DNA of 64,000 nt, from contig NC_045697.1 in NCBI RefSeq assembly GCF_009834535.1, positions 42,100,001 to 42,164,000 on the forward strand, in the 5' to 3' direction. Under the pieces are notes generated by a model. It had not been told where the DNA came from. It saw only the letters and a list, made by a program, of their open reading frames with translations, and did not search any database. Origin of the DNA: Camelus ferus (lineage: Eukaryota). A program made the position numbers and the translations under genes. Below, one piece after another: positions 13,240 through 28,070 of this stretch (its first letter is position 1; every line of letters starts with the position of its first letter).

Positions 13240-14030
13240 TCAGTTGATAGTTGTCTGTTTAACACCATCAAAGATAGAGACAGCTTTGAAAATATTAACT
13301 CAGTTAATCCTCATGAAAACCCTATGAATTAGATGCTACTATAATCCTGACACTTACAGATGAGTAAACAAAGAGAGGTTAATTCTCAAACCCATGTCAT
13401 TAGAACCAATTACACTTCGCCTGCATTATTGTTACAATTGCCAACTGATACTCTACCTCCAAGTCTTTCTCCCTCCAATCCATATTCTACACTGATGTCA
13501 GAGCCATTTTTGTGTAGCATAGCTACTCAATTATTTTGCTGCTTAAAATCTTTAATGGTTTCTGACTTCTTACTAGATTATTGTGATTAAAAAATAAGCA
13601 ATAGTATTTTTGGCACAGATAGCTAATACTTTTTCTTGCCTTCTATGTATAAAGCCCTGCATTAACCATATTACATGTATTATCTTGTTTAAACCCAGCA
13701 GTCATAATGTGGAATACAGGGTATGCCACAATATGACCCAAATCTACACCTTTTTTCATGCTTCTCTGCCTTTGCGTAGACTGGTTCCTTCTTTTGCTGA
13801 CTTCCTCTCTCTTTTCTTTCTGGCGCAGGTCTACTCCTCAGCTCCCCCAGAGCCAGGCATTCTGTTCATAATGCACCTCCCACATAGGCTGCTGTTACAG
13901 CACTGACCGTGTCAAATTGTAGCCTATTGTTCATACACTCGTCTCCTTTATCAGTGTTTGAGAAACTCATTCCAGATTAGTTTATGTTCCTAGCACATAA
14001 AAGGTACTAAACAAATTTATTGAATATCTG
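13240..14030. mobile_element. Cluster of MIR (-) and L2 (+) fragments
   Basis: MIR motifs (taatcctcatgaaaaccctatga...ttacagatgagtaaac) and L2 3' motifs (ctccaatccatattctacactg...; gttcctagcacataaaaggtactaaacaaatttattgaat). Confidence 0.65.
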
Positions 14031-17000
14031 TCTCAGGAAATCAGGGGAAGAATTTGGGTGTCTGTTGTCAATGTTGAGCAGCAGAAAAATCCATATCCAC
14101 TTCTTTGATCAAATCAAAATATTTTGTTCACAAGGTAAAATTTCAGGCGTCATTTAAAAGAAAAACATACTTGGCAGGTTTGTGAGAGAGTATTTCTATT
14201 TCAAAGTGATGCCTGGAAGCAGTATAAGAATAAGTGTACAAAAAAAGCATTAAGTTGGCTTCCCTTGGACAAGAAGAGAACTCAGGTGTGAAAGAAGAGA
14301 CGAGTGAGACAGTTCAAAACACTCACACAAAATTTTCCATGTGCAAAATAGAAGTCTCTAAGTGGGTGAGACTGGCAGTGAGGAGACATTCTGAAGAAGA
14401 GGGGCTTCCTCAGACTGCAAATGGCCTTACCATATCGGAACATCCATAACACTTTTATGGAAATATTATGGCTCAAAAGTTCTAATTTTGCCTTTTTATT
14501 ATCAACATGCATTCCCAAATAGGAAATACGCCCTGTTCATCATAATTCGCTGTTTATTTAATAAGACTTAAAGATTATTTTGTGAAAATAAAAACTGTTC
14601 TATAGGATTGTTGTAGAAATTTAGAAATTACAATTATGCAAAAAATGTACCTCATTTGTCTTAAAAAAAAATGCCATATAATCGTATTGCTAGCACATGA
14701 TCTACAACTGTAGATATTCTGACATAGTCATTCCCCATCTAGTAACAGCAGTCACATATCCCCGCGAGTGGGTGCTACTGAACTAGTCTTCATCCGTGAA
14801 GTTTTCAAACCTTAGAGATAATATTGATTCACACACACAGTAAAATAGATAAAATTCTAACACAAAATTACTTGTCATAATTTGAGTGTACATACTAGGA
14901 AGGGCTTCAGCTTTTGTGGCTTGTAACTTGAATGGGGGTGCAAAATGGTCTGCTTGCAACAACAACAAAAAACATTGTACTCTAGTGCAACATTTGACAC
15001 ATAATGAATGCCCCAAATGGGTTTGCTAATTGAACAGAAATCACAAGGGAAGCTTGTAGTAGTGAAAATACGCTGGAGCCATACTAAATGTAAAAAAAAA
15101 TGCAAAATTACTTTATATTCTAAATTACAGTGAATTATTAATAAGAGAGAGCCTCAGAAAAGACACTATTTCCACTTCAGCTTTTCCTACCTTAATGTAA
15201 ACTAGCATTTCTATCACACCTTTCTCTGGTGCTCTGAGTGTATATACACACCTCATCGATCTATGCCACGTCTCCTGAGAGAATCAAATGTGCAGAAATT
15301 GGCTGACATTTAATAGACAAAGCAGTGAGTGAATCTGAAATAAGATTCCAGAATAAAATTGCTGCTTGAACTCCTAGGAAATAAGTTACATAACAAATGT
15401 GCAGATCATGGGTAATAATCCTAAAAGTGAAATATTAGCACAATACAGTAGAATTGCTCCATAAATATGTCTAACAAAAATAAACTGAGAGCTATTTATC
15501 TTTAAAGATGATGGGAGGATACATTTCCTCATGTATACGTTCTATATAAAAGACTCATAAATTCATTACTGATATTTATTCATTAGGAGTATTTAAAGTG
15601 GTATTTACATTCAAAATTTCAGTAGCTACCTAAAGCAATCTCCCGTAGAATCCTAACAAAGAGATCCAGGTGAGTTTCTGAAATAGTAACCATCAGGAAA
15701 ATGATCCTGTTAGCTGTCCTTCTCTCTTCACACAGGCAGACCCCTGTGGTCTTCAGTAGCAGCTTCAAGACAGTCCCCATACCATGAATATCCAACACTT
15801 AAAATCATTAAGGTTTTCCCAGGAAACTACTTTTTAAGTCATAATCTGATTTTAAGGACAGTATATTGAGGTGTGGGGGAAAAAACACTTTCAAACATTA
15901 TCTCATGTCCTATCCAGCCAAGCTTGTGTTCGTCAATACATGTTCAATACAAACTCTGAACCCATTAGGTCCATAATCTTGATTTCAAAGGAAGGAAATG
16001 GAACAAAGGGATTCAAAGCCTACACCTCTGAGTGCAGGCACCCTGCGGAAGTATAGAGCCTCCTACAAAAATCTGATTCTATTTTTCTAACAAAAAGAAT
16101 GAGAATAAAATAAAAGGGTGACTCCCTAAGAAGACAGGAACACAGGGAATCCACTACAACTCTCTGGGAACGCCGGTTATGGCTCCTTGTGTAGGTGATG
16201 TCCATGGCCAATGCACTAAGACTGAAATCTTTGCTGGGATGCTTTTTTCCAGGAATGGTGACAAGTCTGTACTGAAGCAACCACAGTATATCACCTACTC
16301 CCCAGGAAAGCAATCTCCAAAAGACTGACTTAAATTTAAAGAGCTAAAAACATGCAAAGAACTTGGGACACACAGTAGGTGCTCAACAACTAGTATGGCT
16401 TATTTATGGAATATCCTTGGCTCAAAAAGAAGTATGCTCTGAAGATTTAGCTATGGTTTTTGTCTAAAAAATGGCTTCTTACGCTGACTTTTTTTTTCTT
16501 TCAGAAATTTCATCAGAACAGTATAAACTAATTTTTTTAAACGGAATGGTTAAAACCTTTCCTGGTTTGCTGAGATGAGTCCTAGTGCAGAGAATAAAGA
16601 AACCTTGCATCAAATACAGTAAGATACCTAGAAGGTAGGCTTTAGAAGAGGTGTGAAAAGTACATAAATGCATAACATGAGCCAAAAGCATGAGCTACAT
16701 TTTCAGTGCTAATAACACATGGGCATGTGAAACTATTAACAAAAAATATAGCTATAGGAGAAAGTCCAATTAGAGCTTAAATATTTTATAAACACTACTG
16801 CAGCTTGGTATCAGAGATGCTGTAATTTGGATATTAATAAAATAGCAGGTACAATGTAGAAGAAGATGAAACCAAATCAAATTACGCTGCACTGGAGCTA
16901 GAAGGTTAAGATCTCACATAGGTAGCCTCTATCAGCAATACAGGAATGTAAAGCCACTCCGTTTCACAAGAATCCCAAAGGCAATCAAAATAAATCAGCA

Positions 17001-17159
17001 GAGTTGGGTAATCAATAAGCCATCTCCTCACTTTCCCCTCTCTTCATCCTGTCACATTTGTGGGATTTTAGTCTGCTGATGTGTTTTTTTGGTGTGTGTG
17101 TTTATAAGACATCGGGTCTATAGTATACAGCCTCAGAATTGTCTCCCTAAAAGCATCAT

Positions 17160-17345
17160 CTCAGCCACCACCTACAGTGATTCACGTTGCTTACTGCACA
17201 AGGGCGCCTGATGGGGAGAGAGGGAAGAGGTGAAATCTACCTCATGTTAGGCTCATGCGCCCAGCATGAGCTGCATCTTTCTGAAGGATAAAGAGACTTT
17301 TTTCTACTTCATATGAAAGTACCACGTGAACTAGTGGTGGCCCTG
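17160..17345 (-). mobile_element. MER91-like hAT-Tip100 DNA transposon
   Basis: actgcacaagggcgcc near the left end and ctagtggtggccctg terminus resemble the MER91A reverse complement. Confidence 0.55.
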
Positions 17346-17379
17346 TGCATTGCTGCAAATTCATAAATGGGCACTCTAC

Positions 17380-17610
17380 CGTGGTGATTCCAAGACAGCC
17401 TTTGGACTAAGCCATATTTGGATTGAATTCATAGTGCCATCTCTTACTGTAGTGTGGCCATATTCAAGTTACTTAGCCTTTCTAACCTGTCTCCTATCTA
17501 AAATGGGAATAATACCATCCACCACACGGGGCTGTTGTGATAACTGCAGATCGTGAATGGCCATAGGACATCATTTCATGTTCATATTTTCAGTATGTGA
17601 TAGCTACTGT
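17380..17610 (+). mobile_element. MIR SINE
   Basis: caagttacttagcctttct...ctcctatctaaaatgggaataataccatccaccacacggggctgttgtga is the MIR core. Confidence 0.75.
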
Positions 17611-19834
17611 TAGGATTAACTCTACAGTTTTGTGATAAAAATTCTAACTAAATTAAACCTCTGTCCATTAAATGGTTAAAATCTTATGCATCAAAGAGTA
17701 ACAGTTATGCGAAGTTATATGGTTATTAAATATCAAATGCTTAAGACTACCCAAGAATTTGATTAAAATGTAGCCCACCTTAAGATTCTAACTCAATGGT
17801 CCAAAATGGAGCAGGGAGGGAAGTGTCAGGATTCTGCAGCAAAGTTCTCCAGATAAGTCTGGCATGGATGAACCACACTTTGCCAACCTGTACTACCTGG
17901 AGAGAATACTGTTACCTTCAAGTGAGCCCATGAGTAACAACTAATAAACTATCCAATCTCCAAAAGACTAGCTAGATACACAAATGTAAAATCATGGGCA
18001 CAGAATTGTGTTCACCACCACGTCTATATGAAAATCACCAGTCTATATAAGAATTAATCCCATCACAGTATAACCATGTCAAGAGCACAGGTTATTTAGG
18101 GTCCAAAAATACGTATTCATTAATATGCTTGTTTCTTGCAAAATTTTAATTCTAATGTAAGAAAGTCAATAAAATGAAAAATTTTAAATACTTTATCTCA
18201 TTTTCTTTTTACCAAGAAACCTCCAAAGAGGAGGAAAATAACCTTTCTTCCTGCCAGCTCATCTATAAGGCATTTATTTGTAAGCTAAGTGACCACAATT
18301 TCTAACTACCTTTACATATTCTGAGTGATAATTCCATTTAGAAGTTTAACATGCTCCTTTAAACCTGCTAAAGGGGCCTAAAATAACATTTGCAACTTTC
18401 ATGCCTTCAAATTGTTCCAAATTATACAATTATCTTTGGCTGACAAGGTGTAAAAATTTTATAATTATGACATTTCCTCACCATTTACCCTTAAGGTAGG
18501 GAGAAAAGTGTTTCTGAGTTGTTTTGTATTTAGTTTTTATGAAGTCATTTTGGAATTCTGAAAGACAAAGAGAGACAATCTGTTAGACTAGATAGATAGG
18601 AAATAATACTTCAGTTTTGGTTTGCTTTGAAAATGTCACCACTTCAAAGGCAAATCATGCCAGCAGCACTGATCCACAGTCCTCACAAGTTCTAAATCAG
18701 AATACTACTGACAGTGGTCAAGACAACGGCTACTGGAGATACTATACTTGATTCCCAGTCTTCACTTTATTACTATACTGCATGGTGAGGAGAGGGGCGT
18801 CGCGTCGCGTTCATGAGCTCAGTGACTCTCACAGAGGGTGTTTATGAGAACCCAAGCACCAGGCAGGTACATGAAGCAAGAATCCTGAGTCCCAATAGTG
18901 CATGCAGTCTGGAAAGACCCTCAGCATTCTCATACAGCAGCTACTGGGCAATTAGTGACTCAACTGGTAGTCTTGTCCACCACTGCATTATTAGTTACAA
19001 AGAAGAAAGGAAAAGAATAAATGATGTTCAGTGTCATCAGGAAACGTCTCGTCCATGTTAATGAGGCTGTCAGTGGCACAAATAACAAGCATTTATATTT
19101 GTTTGAGAACTGCATCTGTTTATCTCCCCCAGAGCTGCTAGTCGAATCAGACTTTGATTAAGTCAGGTCTGAAATTGGTTTAGGTTCTCTGAGACCATAG
19201 CACTGGTTGGAAATGAGGAGGTGCTCTGGGCACACATGCTTGCAAGCTATAATTGTAAGTTGCTTTTTAAAAAGGGAAATCCAGGAGACACATATGATAC
19301 TTTAAGTACTTTAGTTCTCCTGAAAAGAAAATGTGACTTAATAAATTATTTTCATCTTAGCGTTAATGGTGAAATTAGATGACACGTGGGAAAGTATCTG
19401 ACATGTAATAAGCATCCTTAAATAGTGGAGGACTTCCTTACTGTCTGAGAAAAGAATGTGGTCTCCATTTATGTAGAGGCCTTTGTTCTCAGTCCTAAAT
19501 AGCTAACATTATCTGAATACATCAGATACCATTCCACCACGTCAAAGACCGGCAGAGCCACCTGGATGTGTGTCAGCCACCAAAGGGCCAAATGACCAGC
19601 CCATCTGGCATGTGGTCATGTGACTATCAGGCTATTTACATACACATATCAGACAGAAAGCTATAAAAAGCAGCCAATCATTTGAATAAGCAGGGGAAAA
19701 GGCAAATCAAGACAAAGTGAGACATGATAGTTTTACTCACCTCTATGCTGGCCCCAAAGGAAAAAGAAAATCATGTGATTGTACAATTCCCTTATTTTGT
19801 ATCTTGTGAATAAACTGAGAGAGGATCACATGAC

Positions 19835-20010
19835 AGCACTGTATGCTAAAACAGGCAAGAGTTTTGGAGCCAGGTATCTGAGTTCAAATCCCAGCTTTGC
19901 CAAGTTATGAGCTGTAAGACCTTAGGCACATCACTTAAGCTCTCTGAGCTGGTCCCCACTCCCGCAAAGTGGGGCTAGCACCACCTACCTAGCTAAGTTG
20001 TTGTGATGTC
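19835..20010 (+). mobile_element. MIR SINE
   Basis: tggagccagg...ctgagttcaaatcccagctttgcca...agctgtaagaccttaggcacatcacttaagctctctgagc. Confidence 0.85.
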
Positions 20011-23000
20011 TACAAATAGTCTATACCCGGACCAGTACCTGACCAAACAAGAATGTGAATAAATGGTGAGGGGAGAGAGAAAGGAGGGAACAAGGAGGAA
20101 TAAGTAAGCAGTAATAACAACACATTGTGTATATCATTGCCATGACCTTCAGTTCTGCTGGGGCTGATTCCACTTCTAGGACTATCACTAACACTACTAA
20201 TGCCACACCAATACTTAAAATTATCCAATATTATGGAATGTGTGTTGTGAAAGCAATGATTTATAGCAAGCAAGGTATTTGCTATTCTGGTGTTTCATCA
20301 GCTGAGTTTATCTCTTGAATCAAAAAACAAAAACAAAACAAAACAAAAAACTCTGAAATGTGGGGTTGAGCTAGATGAAATTTATGCTCGTTTTATTAAT
20401 GTGCCATTTAAAGTGTATTAATCTTTATGACGCTCTTGAATAAATCAAAGTTCCATTAACTAATTTTCTTTTCCAAGCTTAGCCTATATTCAGGTACTAA
20501 CAAAACAAATGCTCTAGCATTTTTCTATTCATTCTATGAAGTTTTAATTGAATTCTTGTCAGAACAATTCATACAAGGTGTATTTTTCTAGAAATAAAAA
20601 CTGAATTGAAAAGCAGGAAGGCTGTACATTAAGATACAGATTGTTTCTTCTTTTCTTTAAACTTCTCAGAAAATTCTTTGAGACAGGCATCAAACATTTC
20701 AATGAATTAAAGAATGAGAACTTAATAACCTGATAGCTTTAGGTTTTTCATTAACGTTCTGATACAAACTATTTCTTTTTAATACAGCAGCTTGCCGTTA
20801 ACTTTGGTTAGTGTCCTTGATTGTCAGTAATGAAAGAAAACTATATTAGCCTCTCAAATGGGGTGCAGTGAAATAGTTCCTGGGGAGTTTCTTGTGAGAC
20901 CCATGAAAACTACAGACTAAGAGCATTTTAAACAGTTAAATCAGTTAAATGAACATCAGGAGCAGTTTTAAAACTGACTAGATGTGCACTAGGATCAGCT
21001 TCTAGGAAGAGGAGATGCTAAAAGAGGGGAAGGAGTGAGCCAAAGGTTCCAAGTGTCACAGAGAGGAACATCCCGTCTGAGGATGATGTGCGGTGTTGTT
21101 GCAAGGCTCCCAGTTGGAGGGCTGCCTGTGTTGCCTTGGAGATGAGCATAGGCGGATGTGAACTAGAGGGTGGTTGTGCATGAGTGTGTGTATGTCTGGA
21201 TGGAGACAGTAAAACGGGGGAACGTTGTATATAACATACAAGCTACCATTCCAAGCTGTTCTTAAGACCGTCTGGCAGCACCTTGCCCTCCACTACCTGG
21301 CACTGCTTTCTCACTATGTAACTTTCAAGCTTTGTCGCAACAATAGTCAAAGCCTCCAAAGGGGGGTGGTGAATTGATGAGCAGAAAGACAGCCAAGAAA
21401 ACGGAATCACAGCATTGTTACTTATGAGTGAAACAGATTGCCTTTTGAGAGTCAGTGTTTTCAGGCTATGGTTAAAGGGCTTGGGAAAAAAAACCACTGA
21501 AGTAGGCATGCTATAATCAAATAACATATAAACTGTAATTTGGCATAGTTTTTCTTTACCAACTTTTCTGCCCTCAAATCCTTCTCTAATCTTTTCCCCA
21601 CTCCTCCAACATACTCTCTACTTGAGTAACTGTCATCTACTTGAGTGTTCACTGAATACACCACACATTCTTGCCAACTTCATTGATCAAATCATTAACC
21701 TTGTCTAATATTCCCTTTTCCTCATATTTGCCCATCCACGTCCAATCAATGACAATCATGTCTGCATCCTCAAGATTTCTTGCACCAAGCATTTTACATA
21801 TTCAATTGATTATCCTCTGAAGCAATACTGTAGGGGTCAGAACTGGGCACTGTATGGGTCAAGGTGACCTAGATGAGTTCAGTATCTTATAGATAAAAGA
21901 CAAGGGGCATTTAAGCATAAATTAGAACATGAGATGTGGAAAAATAGTAAATTTCCATCCCCTCTATTTTCGTCTACATTTCCAAATATGTGTTACTGAT
22001 TGAGAATCTATTGTGTTCTAGGTACTCTGTTAAGCATGATTGAAGGCTTTGTGACAGAACTGGCACTCTCAGAGGGAACTTCACTTGTGCTCACCCTCTT
22101 TGTTAAGGGACCTCAAAAGAGATGGATAATGTAGCTAAGTTTTGAAATTTGCTGTATTTTCTGAGAAAATGGCACTGCAATCTAAGAAATCCATCAATGC
22201 CTCCAGTGACTTATCCCCATCTCTCCTCCATCACCTAGTGACTCAGATTTATGGGTCATTTGAAAAGTCTCCAACAACATTTTCACCTTTTGGATCACCA
22301 AACTGCATAAATCATAATATGTTTTCCTATACTGAATTGGAAATTAAACCCCCATTTAATATACTATTTGTCTTGTTTCGCTGGTTTATGTTAAGAAAGA
22401 AGGCCAATGATGTTTCTGAAGCAATAATTCATCAAGTATAAAGGAAGGGTGTGCAAACAGCTTCATCTTATCAGGTAAGCATGTTATTAAATTCTCATAA
22501 AATATGATGCCATATCTCACCAAAGTTTAAAAAAGGGGTGGGGGAGACAGCACTTAAATGGATAGAAAAAGTATAAAAGTGACTTGAAAAAGCCATCATC
22601 TCCACAAAAACATTTTTGCAAGATGGAATGTAGAAAATGATATAGGGGAACATTTGACAGCAAACCACAGACAGGGAGGGCTCTGAAGACAGACAAAGCG
22701 CAATCTTTCATTTCTTCATTTCTCTCTTATAATCAACAAGACTAAGAGATGACCAGTGCCAATGAAGAATTCAGTGGAGGAAAGGATGAAGGACCACATC
22801 ACATGCGACTATATAGCGCCTTGATCCTAGAGTTAGCTGACGAGAATGCTATTCCCCCAAAGACAAATACACTCAGATCCTACAAGAATCTAGTTGCTGC
22901 TTTAGAAAGGCTTCTGGGCTGACTCAGTTGCTCTGAGAAAGGCAACTAAAATAACGGACTGTAAATTAAAATTTGATTGAGACCTTGTTTCATGTGTGTT

Positions 23001-23989
23001 TTGTTTCTTCAACAAAATTGGAAGCCATGTCACCCAGTCCCAACCTCATTAATAATAACTAATAATTTAAAATAATTAACTTTCTGATTTACTTGGAAAA
23101 CAGTGAACCCAGTCTAGGAAGGACACTGTGCCAGGTATCATGAGAAAGGGATTAGTCATGCAGGAGAATCAGACAGCACTGGGTTCAAAATCAGCCTTGG
23201 GTAATGGGCATAACCTCTCTAAGCTTTTGTTTCCTCCCTGGGAAAGTGGAAGTGGGTTAAAAAAATAAGTATATAGAAAAATGGCATTCTGTTGGCATTC
23301 AGTGCCTATTAATATGTGTCATTAAACGGGACTGAGGAATAAAGCAAGATCATTGTTCCAAAGATGTTTAGAAACCAGGAAGCCATATAAAAGAGACAAC
23401 ATATAACTTTTATAAAATGTCATCTAACTGGTACCCCTGGAAACAAGTCATTCTTCACACCCAATTTTCCTGGTTAGCTAAGGATTTTATACTGCTAAGT
23501 ATTTTTTTTAATTATTTGAGTTAGAAATATCTCTAAAAACATCCAACATATTTCTTTGCTTTTTCCCCTTGATATCCTAAGCATCATTTAATATTTTTAT
23601 AACTGCATCACATTATGAGCATCAGTTTAGAGCACTTTAAGTTCTCTTTCCTCTACTTTCAATGGACTTAGATTGCTATAATTTTGAGGATTTCTCTGTG
23701 ATATTTTTAGAAAGTCTTTTGTCCTTTCATCAGATGTCACGTCTTAAAGCTGTCAGAGTTCCTGCCTCTAATATTGCTTCTGTCTTCTGCTTGAAACCTA
23801 CATTAGTCCAGGGAAGAAAATCACTATGCAAGTTAATATTATTCTCATACTTTGGATAAATATTATATATTCATTTAAAATTATAAGCACTTATCAGCCC
23901 TATGAATGAAAAATGATTTTAGAAATGACTAATGGAATAATAAAAGTAAAGAGTCACAGTTTTTCAACCTAAAATTTTAAATATCAGCC

Positions 23990-25850
23990 TGACAAAATAC
24001 AAATAACATTACAAATTTATAAACTGGGCAAGCATTGTAGTAAGTATGATTGATGAAGGATTAATATCTTTATAAGCAAGTCCATATAAATCAATAGGAA
24101 AACACTGAAGTAAAAGGAAAGATGAAAAGCAAGTCATGAAAGAAAAAAATAAACATATGGGAAGATGTTTAACTTTTTTAAAAATCTAAGAAATGCAAAT
24201 TAATAGCCTTTTAGTGATTAATGTAATAACTTAAAAACGTTTTTTAATTTAAAAAAGTTTTAAATTTTGTGACGGTTGTGTAATGGTTATTCTATTTTAG
24301 AAAGCAATTTGGCATTCTGCACAAGGAGTCATGAAAATGCCCACAATTGTATATTTGGAAAAGTTATATGGGCAAAGATAACATGATAATGATATTTCTT
24401 GTTAAAGCTGAAAGAAAATTCCTAGTTGTCCAAAAATAAGGAATAGGTGAAGGAAATTATTTTTTATTAAGTCAAATACATTGGTGGTGGATGAGCTGAA
24501 CCTGCTAAATATGCAGGCTGAAATATATTATGAAGCTTCTATGGCTAAACAGTGAAGTCCTGGCTGACACACAGACACACAGACCAGCAGAACAGAAGAG
24601 AAAAATTCAGAAATGGACCCAAGTACTATTGGAAACTCGTTACATGATAAAAGTGTCATCTCAAATCACTGTAGAAAAGAACGGACTTCTTAAAAACTGA
24701 GGTTGGGGAAAATGGATTAGCCATTTAGAAAAACATAAAAGTGGATTCTACCTTACACCATATACCAGAATAAACTCCAAGTGAAGTAGGTATCTAAATG
24801 TCAAAACAAAACAAACAAAAAACAACAACAACAAAAAATGAAGCTATACACATACTAGAAGATGACATAGGTATAGAGAAAACCTTTCTAATTATTATTT
24901 AAAATCCAAACTCAAAGTTTGACAAATCAAATAATATAAAATTAAGAGAGAAAATCTTCTGCATGACTTTTAAAAAGCAAAGTCAAAAGACTAATGACAG
25001 AGAAAATATATGCAATGTGTATCACAAAGACTAAATCCTTAATTTATTACTTAAATATATAAAAGCTCTTAGATATTTAGGAATGAAAAAACTGAAATCC
25101 CAATAGAAAAAAAGATATACAAAAATATGAAGTTTATCCAAAAATGATATGAAAATTTCCTGGCTCACAAAAACAAGGAAAGATGGAATTTTCAAAATAA
25201 GAGAAATTCACATTATGTATACTAGATAGACAAAAATGTTCATGTCTGACAGCAGACTGGGTTGGCTATGCTAAACAGACGTTGTTACATACTGATGTGA
25301 GAATGCAACATTCTATAACCCTATCGATAAGAATATGGCAACATCTTTAATAAACTATATGCATTTACCTTTTGACCAAGCAATATTATTCCTTGAATTT
25401 TACCTTAAAGATTTACTTCTAAAATTGTTGATTGCTTCCTGAGAAAGAGTAATAATCATAATTATGTTGAATGGCAATTTTGTAAGATAAAGTATGGAAA
25501 TAGCCTAAATGCTGTTGAAAAAACTTCTGATACCACAACACAATGAAATCACACGAAGCTGTAAAAACAAACAAACAAACAAAACCAGAAGAAAAGAAAA
25601 GAAAAAAAAAGGAAGAGCTCTGGAAACCTCTAATGGAGTGATTTACAGAATATATTATCAAATGGAGGGAAAAAAGGATATAAAAGGATGTATATACCAT
25701 ACCTTTTGTGCAACAAAAAAAGAATAATACACATATATCTATCTTAATTTGTCCCTTTTTACATAGTTTTGACTTTTAAACTGTGTGAAAGATTTACCAT
25801 TCAGAAAATGAAATTAAATCCAAAAGATTTTTTTAAAAATGTGTCCTTAC
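23990..25850 (+). mobile_element. Ancient L1M ORF2 3' portion and 3' UTR fragments (probably two elements)
   Basis: Degenerate ORF2 motifs (agaccagcagaacagaagaga...cagaaatggaccca; ctaccttacaccatataccagaataaactcca; catttaccttttgaccaagcaat; gaaacctctaatggagtgatttaca). No intact ORF. Confidence 0.75.
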
Positions 25851-25889
25851 ACTTGGAGGAGTTCTTAGATCATTGGTGTATAAGCACTT

Positions 25890-26173
25890 AGTTCATGCAT
25901 GCCAACCAGGCTGAAAGTTCTGAAGTATAAAGCTCCAGTCTCTCAGCTTCCTAGACGAGATAGTTCTGAAAATATTCTACATGATCTCTCAGAGGGTGCC
26001 CAGCATGACTGGGCCCTACATGCCCAGAGCCGTCCCCTTACTCCATGCACCCTTCACTGACATTTCTTTCTCCTCTGTCTGGTTTCTCCACTTCTTCAGC
26101 ATGCTCCCTTAGATCACCTTTCACTCAAATCCTTGTTTCAGGATCTGCTCTTAGGGGTACCCAGACCAAGACA
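25890..26173 (+). mobile_element. LTR16-like ERVL LTR fragment
   Basis: 3' terminus cactcaaatccttgtttcaggatctgctcttaggggtacccagaccaagaca resembles the LTR16 family end. Confidence 0.6.
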
Positions 26174-26639
26174 GACTGTATCATTTTTATTTACACATTT
26201 AAAATGATTTCCATATATTTTATTAATGCAAAGACAAGACATGATCCAGCTGGGCCAGTTGGGCCAATGCAAGTTTGTGGTCAATAAGTCACTGGACAAG
26301 AACTTTAGACAGGTTTAATCAAGGGCTTTCTGGGAGGTTGGGAATAAATATGGCTTCCTTCCCCTTCACTGTTAACTCTTTTCTCTCTGCTGCTCCTGAC
26401 TCAAACGGTTACTGGGTCTGCAAGTGGTTGATTTGAGAAGAAACCCCTCTGGAGCCTCTTCCTTGTGAACTGGGTGAGCTCCATGCGTAAGCCTGGTCTC
26501 TTAGAGCCCAAGAGCCCAAGAAGAGAAATGACTAGAAAGCCTGAGCCCTCCAGGCCCCTGTATATGAGAGACAAAAAGGGGAAGAGCACAGGGAAGCTTC
26601 CTCCAGGCATTTTAGCAGGAGAATAAAGGCCAATTATCT

Positions 26640-26977
26640 TCCTCCAGAGGGAAGAATCCACTTCTCACCTTTTCTAGCCTCTAGAGGCTGCCTGCACGCC
26701 TTGGCTCCTTGTCCCCTTCCATCTCGAGAGCCAGCAGTGGCAGGTGGCGTCTTTCTCACGTCGTATCACTCTGACACTGACTTTTCTCTTTCCCCCTTCC
26801 ATATTTAAAGGACACTTGTAATGACACTGAAACTGTCTGGATAATCCAGGATAATCCCTTTATCTTAAACCTAGTTCCATCTGAAAATTTAATTCCCTTT
26901 GCCAAATAAACTAACATATTCACAGGTTTCAGGGTGAACATTATTTGGGGGAGGGGGTTACTATTTTGCCCACCATA
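26640..26977 (-). mobile_element. MLT1 (MLT1C/D-like) MaLR LTR, partial
   Basis: ctagcctctagaggctgcctgca...ccttggct...ggataatccaggataatccc...acatattcacaggtttcaggg is the MLT1 reverse complement. Confidence 0.85.
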
Positions 26978-26979
26978 AA

Positions 26980-28070
26980 TGGTGTATATTTTAACTCTGG
27001 CACTTCCTAGTTGGTTAATTGCTGATTTCCAGGAATGCTACTATTTTATGCATATTAATCTTGAATCTAATGAACATGCCAAACTCATTTTAAAATTGTT
27101 CTAATGATGTATCTGATGCCTCGCTTGGATTTTCTATTTCAGTTTCATTATTTATAAAATTTTATTTTTCTTTTCCTTTTAAGTCCTTGTATCTCTTATT
27201 TTTCTTGCCTTTTAAGGCTGTCTAGGACATCTAGTACAATGCTGAATAATGAGGATAATCCAGGAATTCTTATCCTGTTGCTGACTTGAATAGAAATATT
27301 TATAAAGTTTTCTAAATAACTGTAAAATTTGATGGAGGTTTTTGACAGATATCTCTTTCCAAAATAATGGAGAATTTTCTCTGTTCTTAATTTACTAAGA
27401 GTTTATATCACAATTGTGTTGAATTTTATTGAATGCTTTTTTTTTTCTCCATTAAGAAAGCCATATGAGGTTTTCTCCTAAATTTTATACATGTCTGATT
27501 ATTGAACCATACTTGCATTTTTGGATAATCATCACTCAGCTATCATGAATTTTTTATACTTACTAAAAATATTCTGTTAATATTCTACTAAGGTTTTTGC
27601 TTTCATATTCATAAGTGAGAATACACTATAACTTCTTATTCTATCCTTGTAACCATTTTTAACATCAAAGTTATACTAGCTGCATAAAGTTGTTTGGTTA
27701 GCTCTCCTATGTTGACTCTCTGATCTAGTATGCCTAAGATAGGGATTTTCTGCTTTTACATTTTTTTTAACCATGTCTATAAATACCTGGGCTTCATGTC
27801 ATTTGAAGATGGGGGGTGGGCGAGGCATTTTACCATTAATTTGATTTCCTTCACTGATTTCCTTACTGATTACTCATGATTTCTATTTTTCCTCGGCTAG
27901 GTTAATAATTTATATTTTGCTAGAAAATTATCCATTTCATCTAAAATGCCCAGCTTATTGCTGCAATACAGTCATACCACTCTCCTGTGAACTTTAAAAT
28001 CTCTTTTATATCTGTGGTTTTAATGCAGTTTCATTCCCAGTGTTGCTGATTTGTGCTGTCTCCTTTTTTT
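26980..28070 (-). mobile_element. Ancient L1M ORF2 fragment
   Basis: T-rich antisense L1 motifs (ctaggacatctagtacaatgctgaataa...tcttatcctgttgctgactt; tgttgaattttattgaatgctttt; ttgaaccatacttgcatt; tatccatttcatctaaa). Confidence 0.8.
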
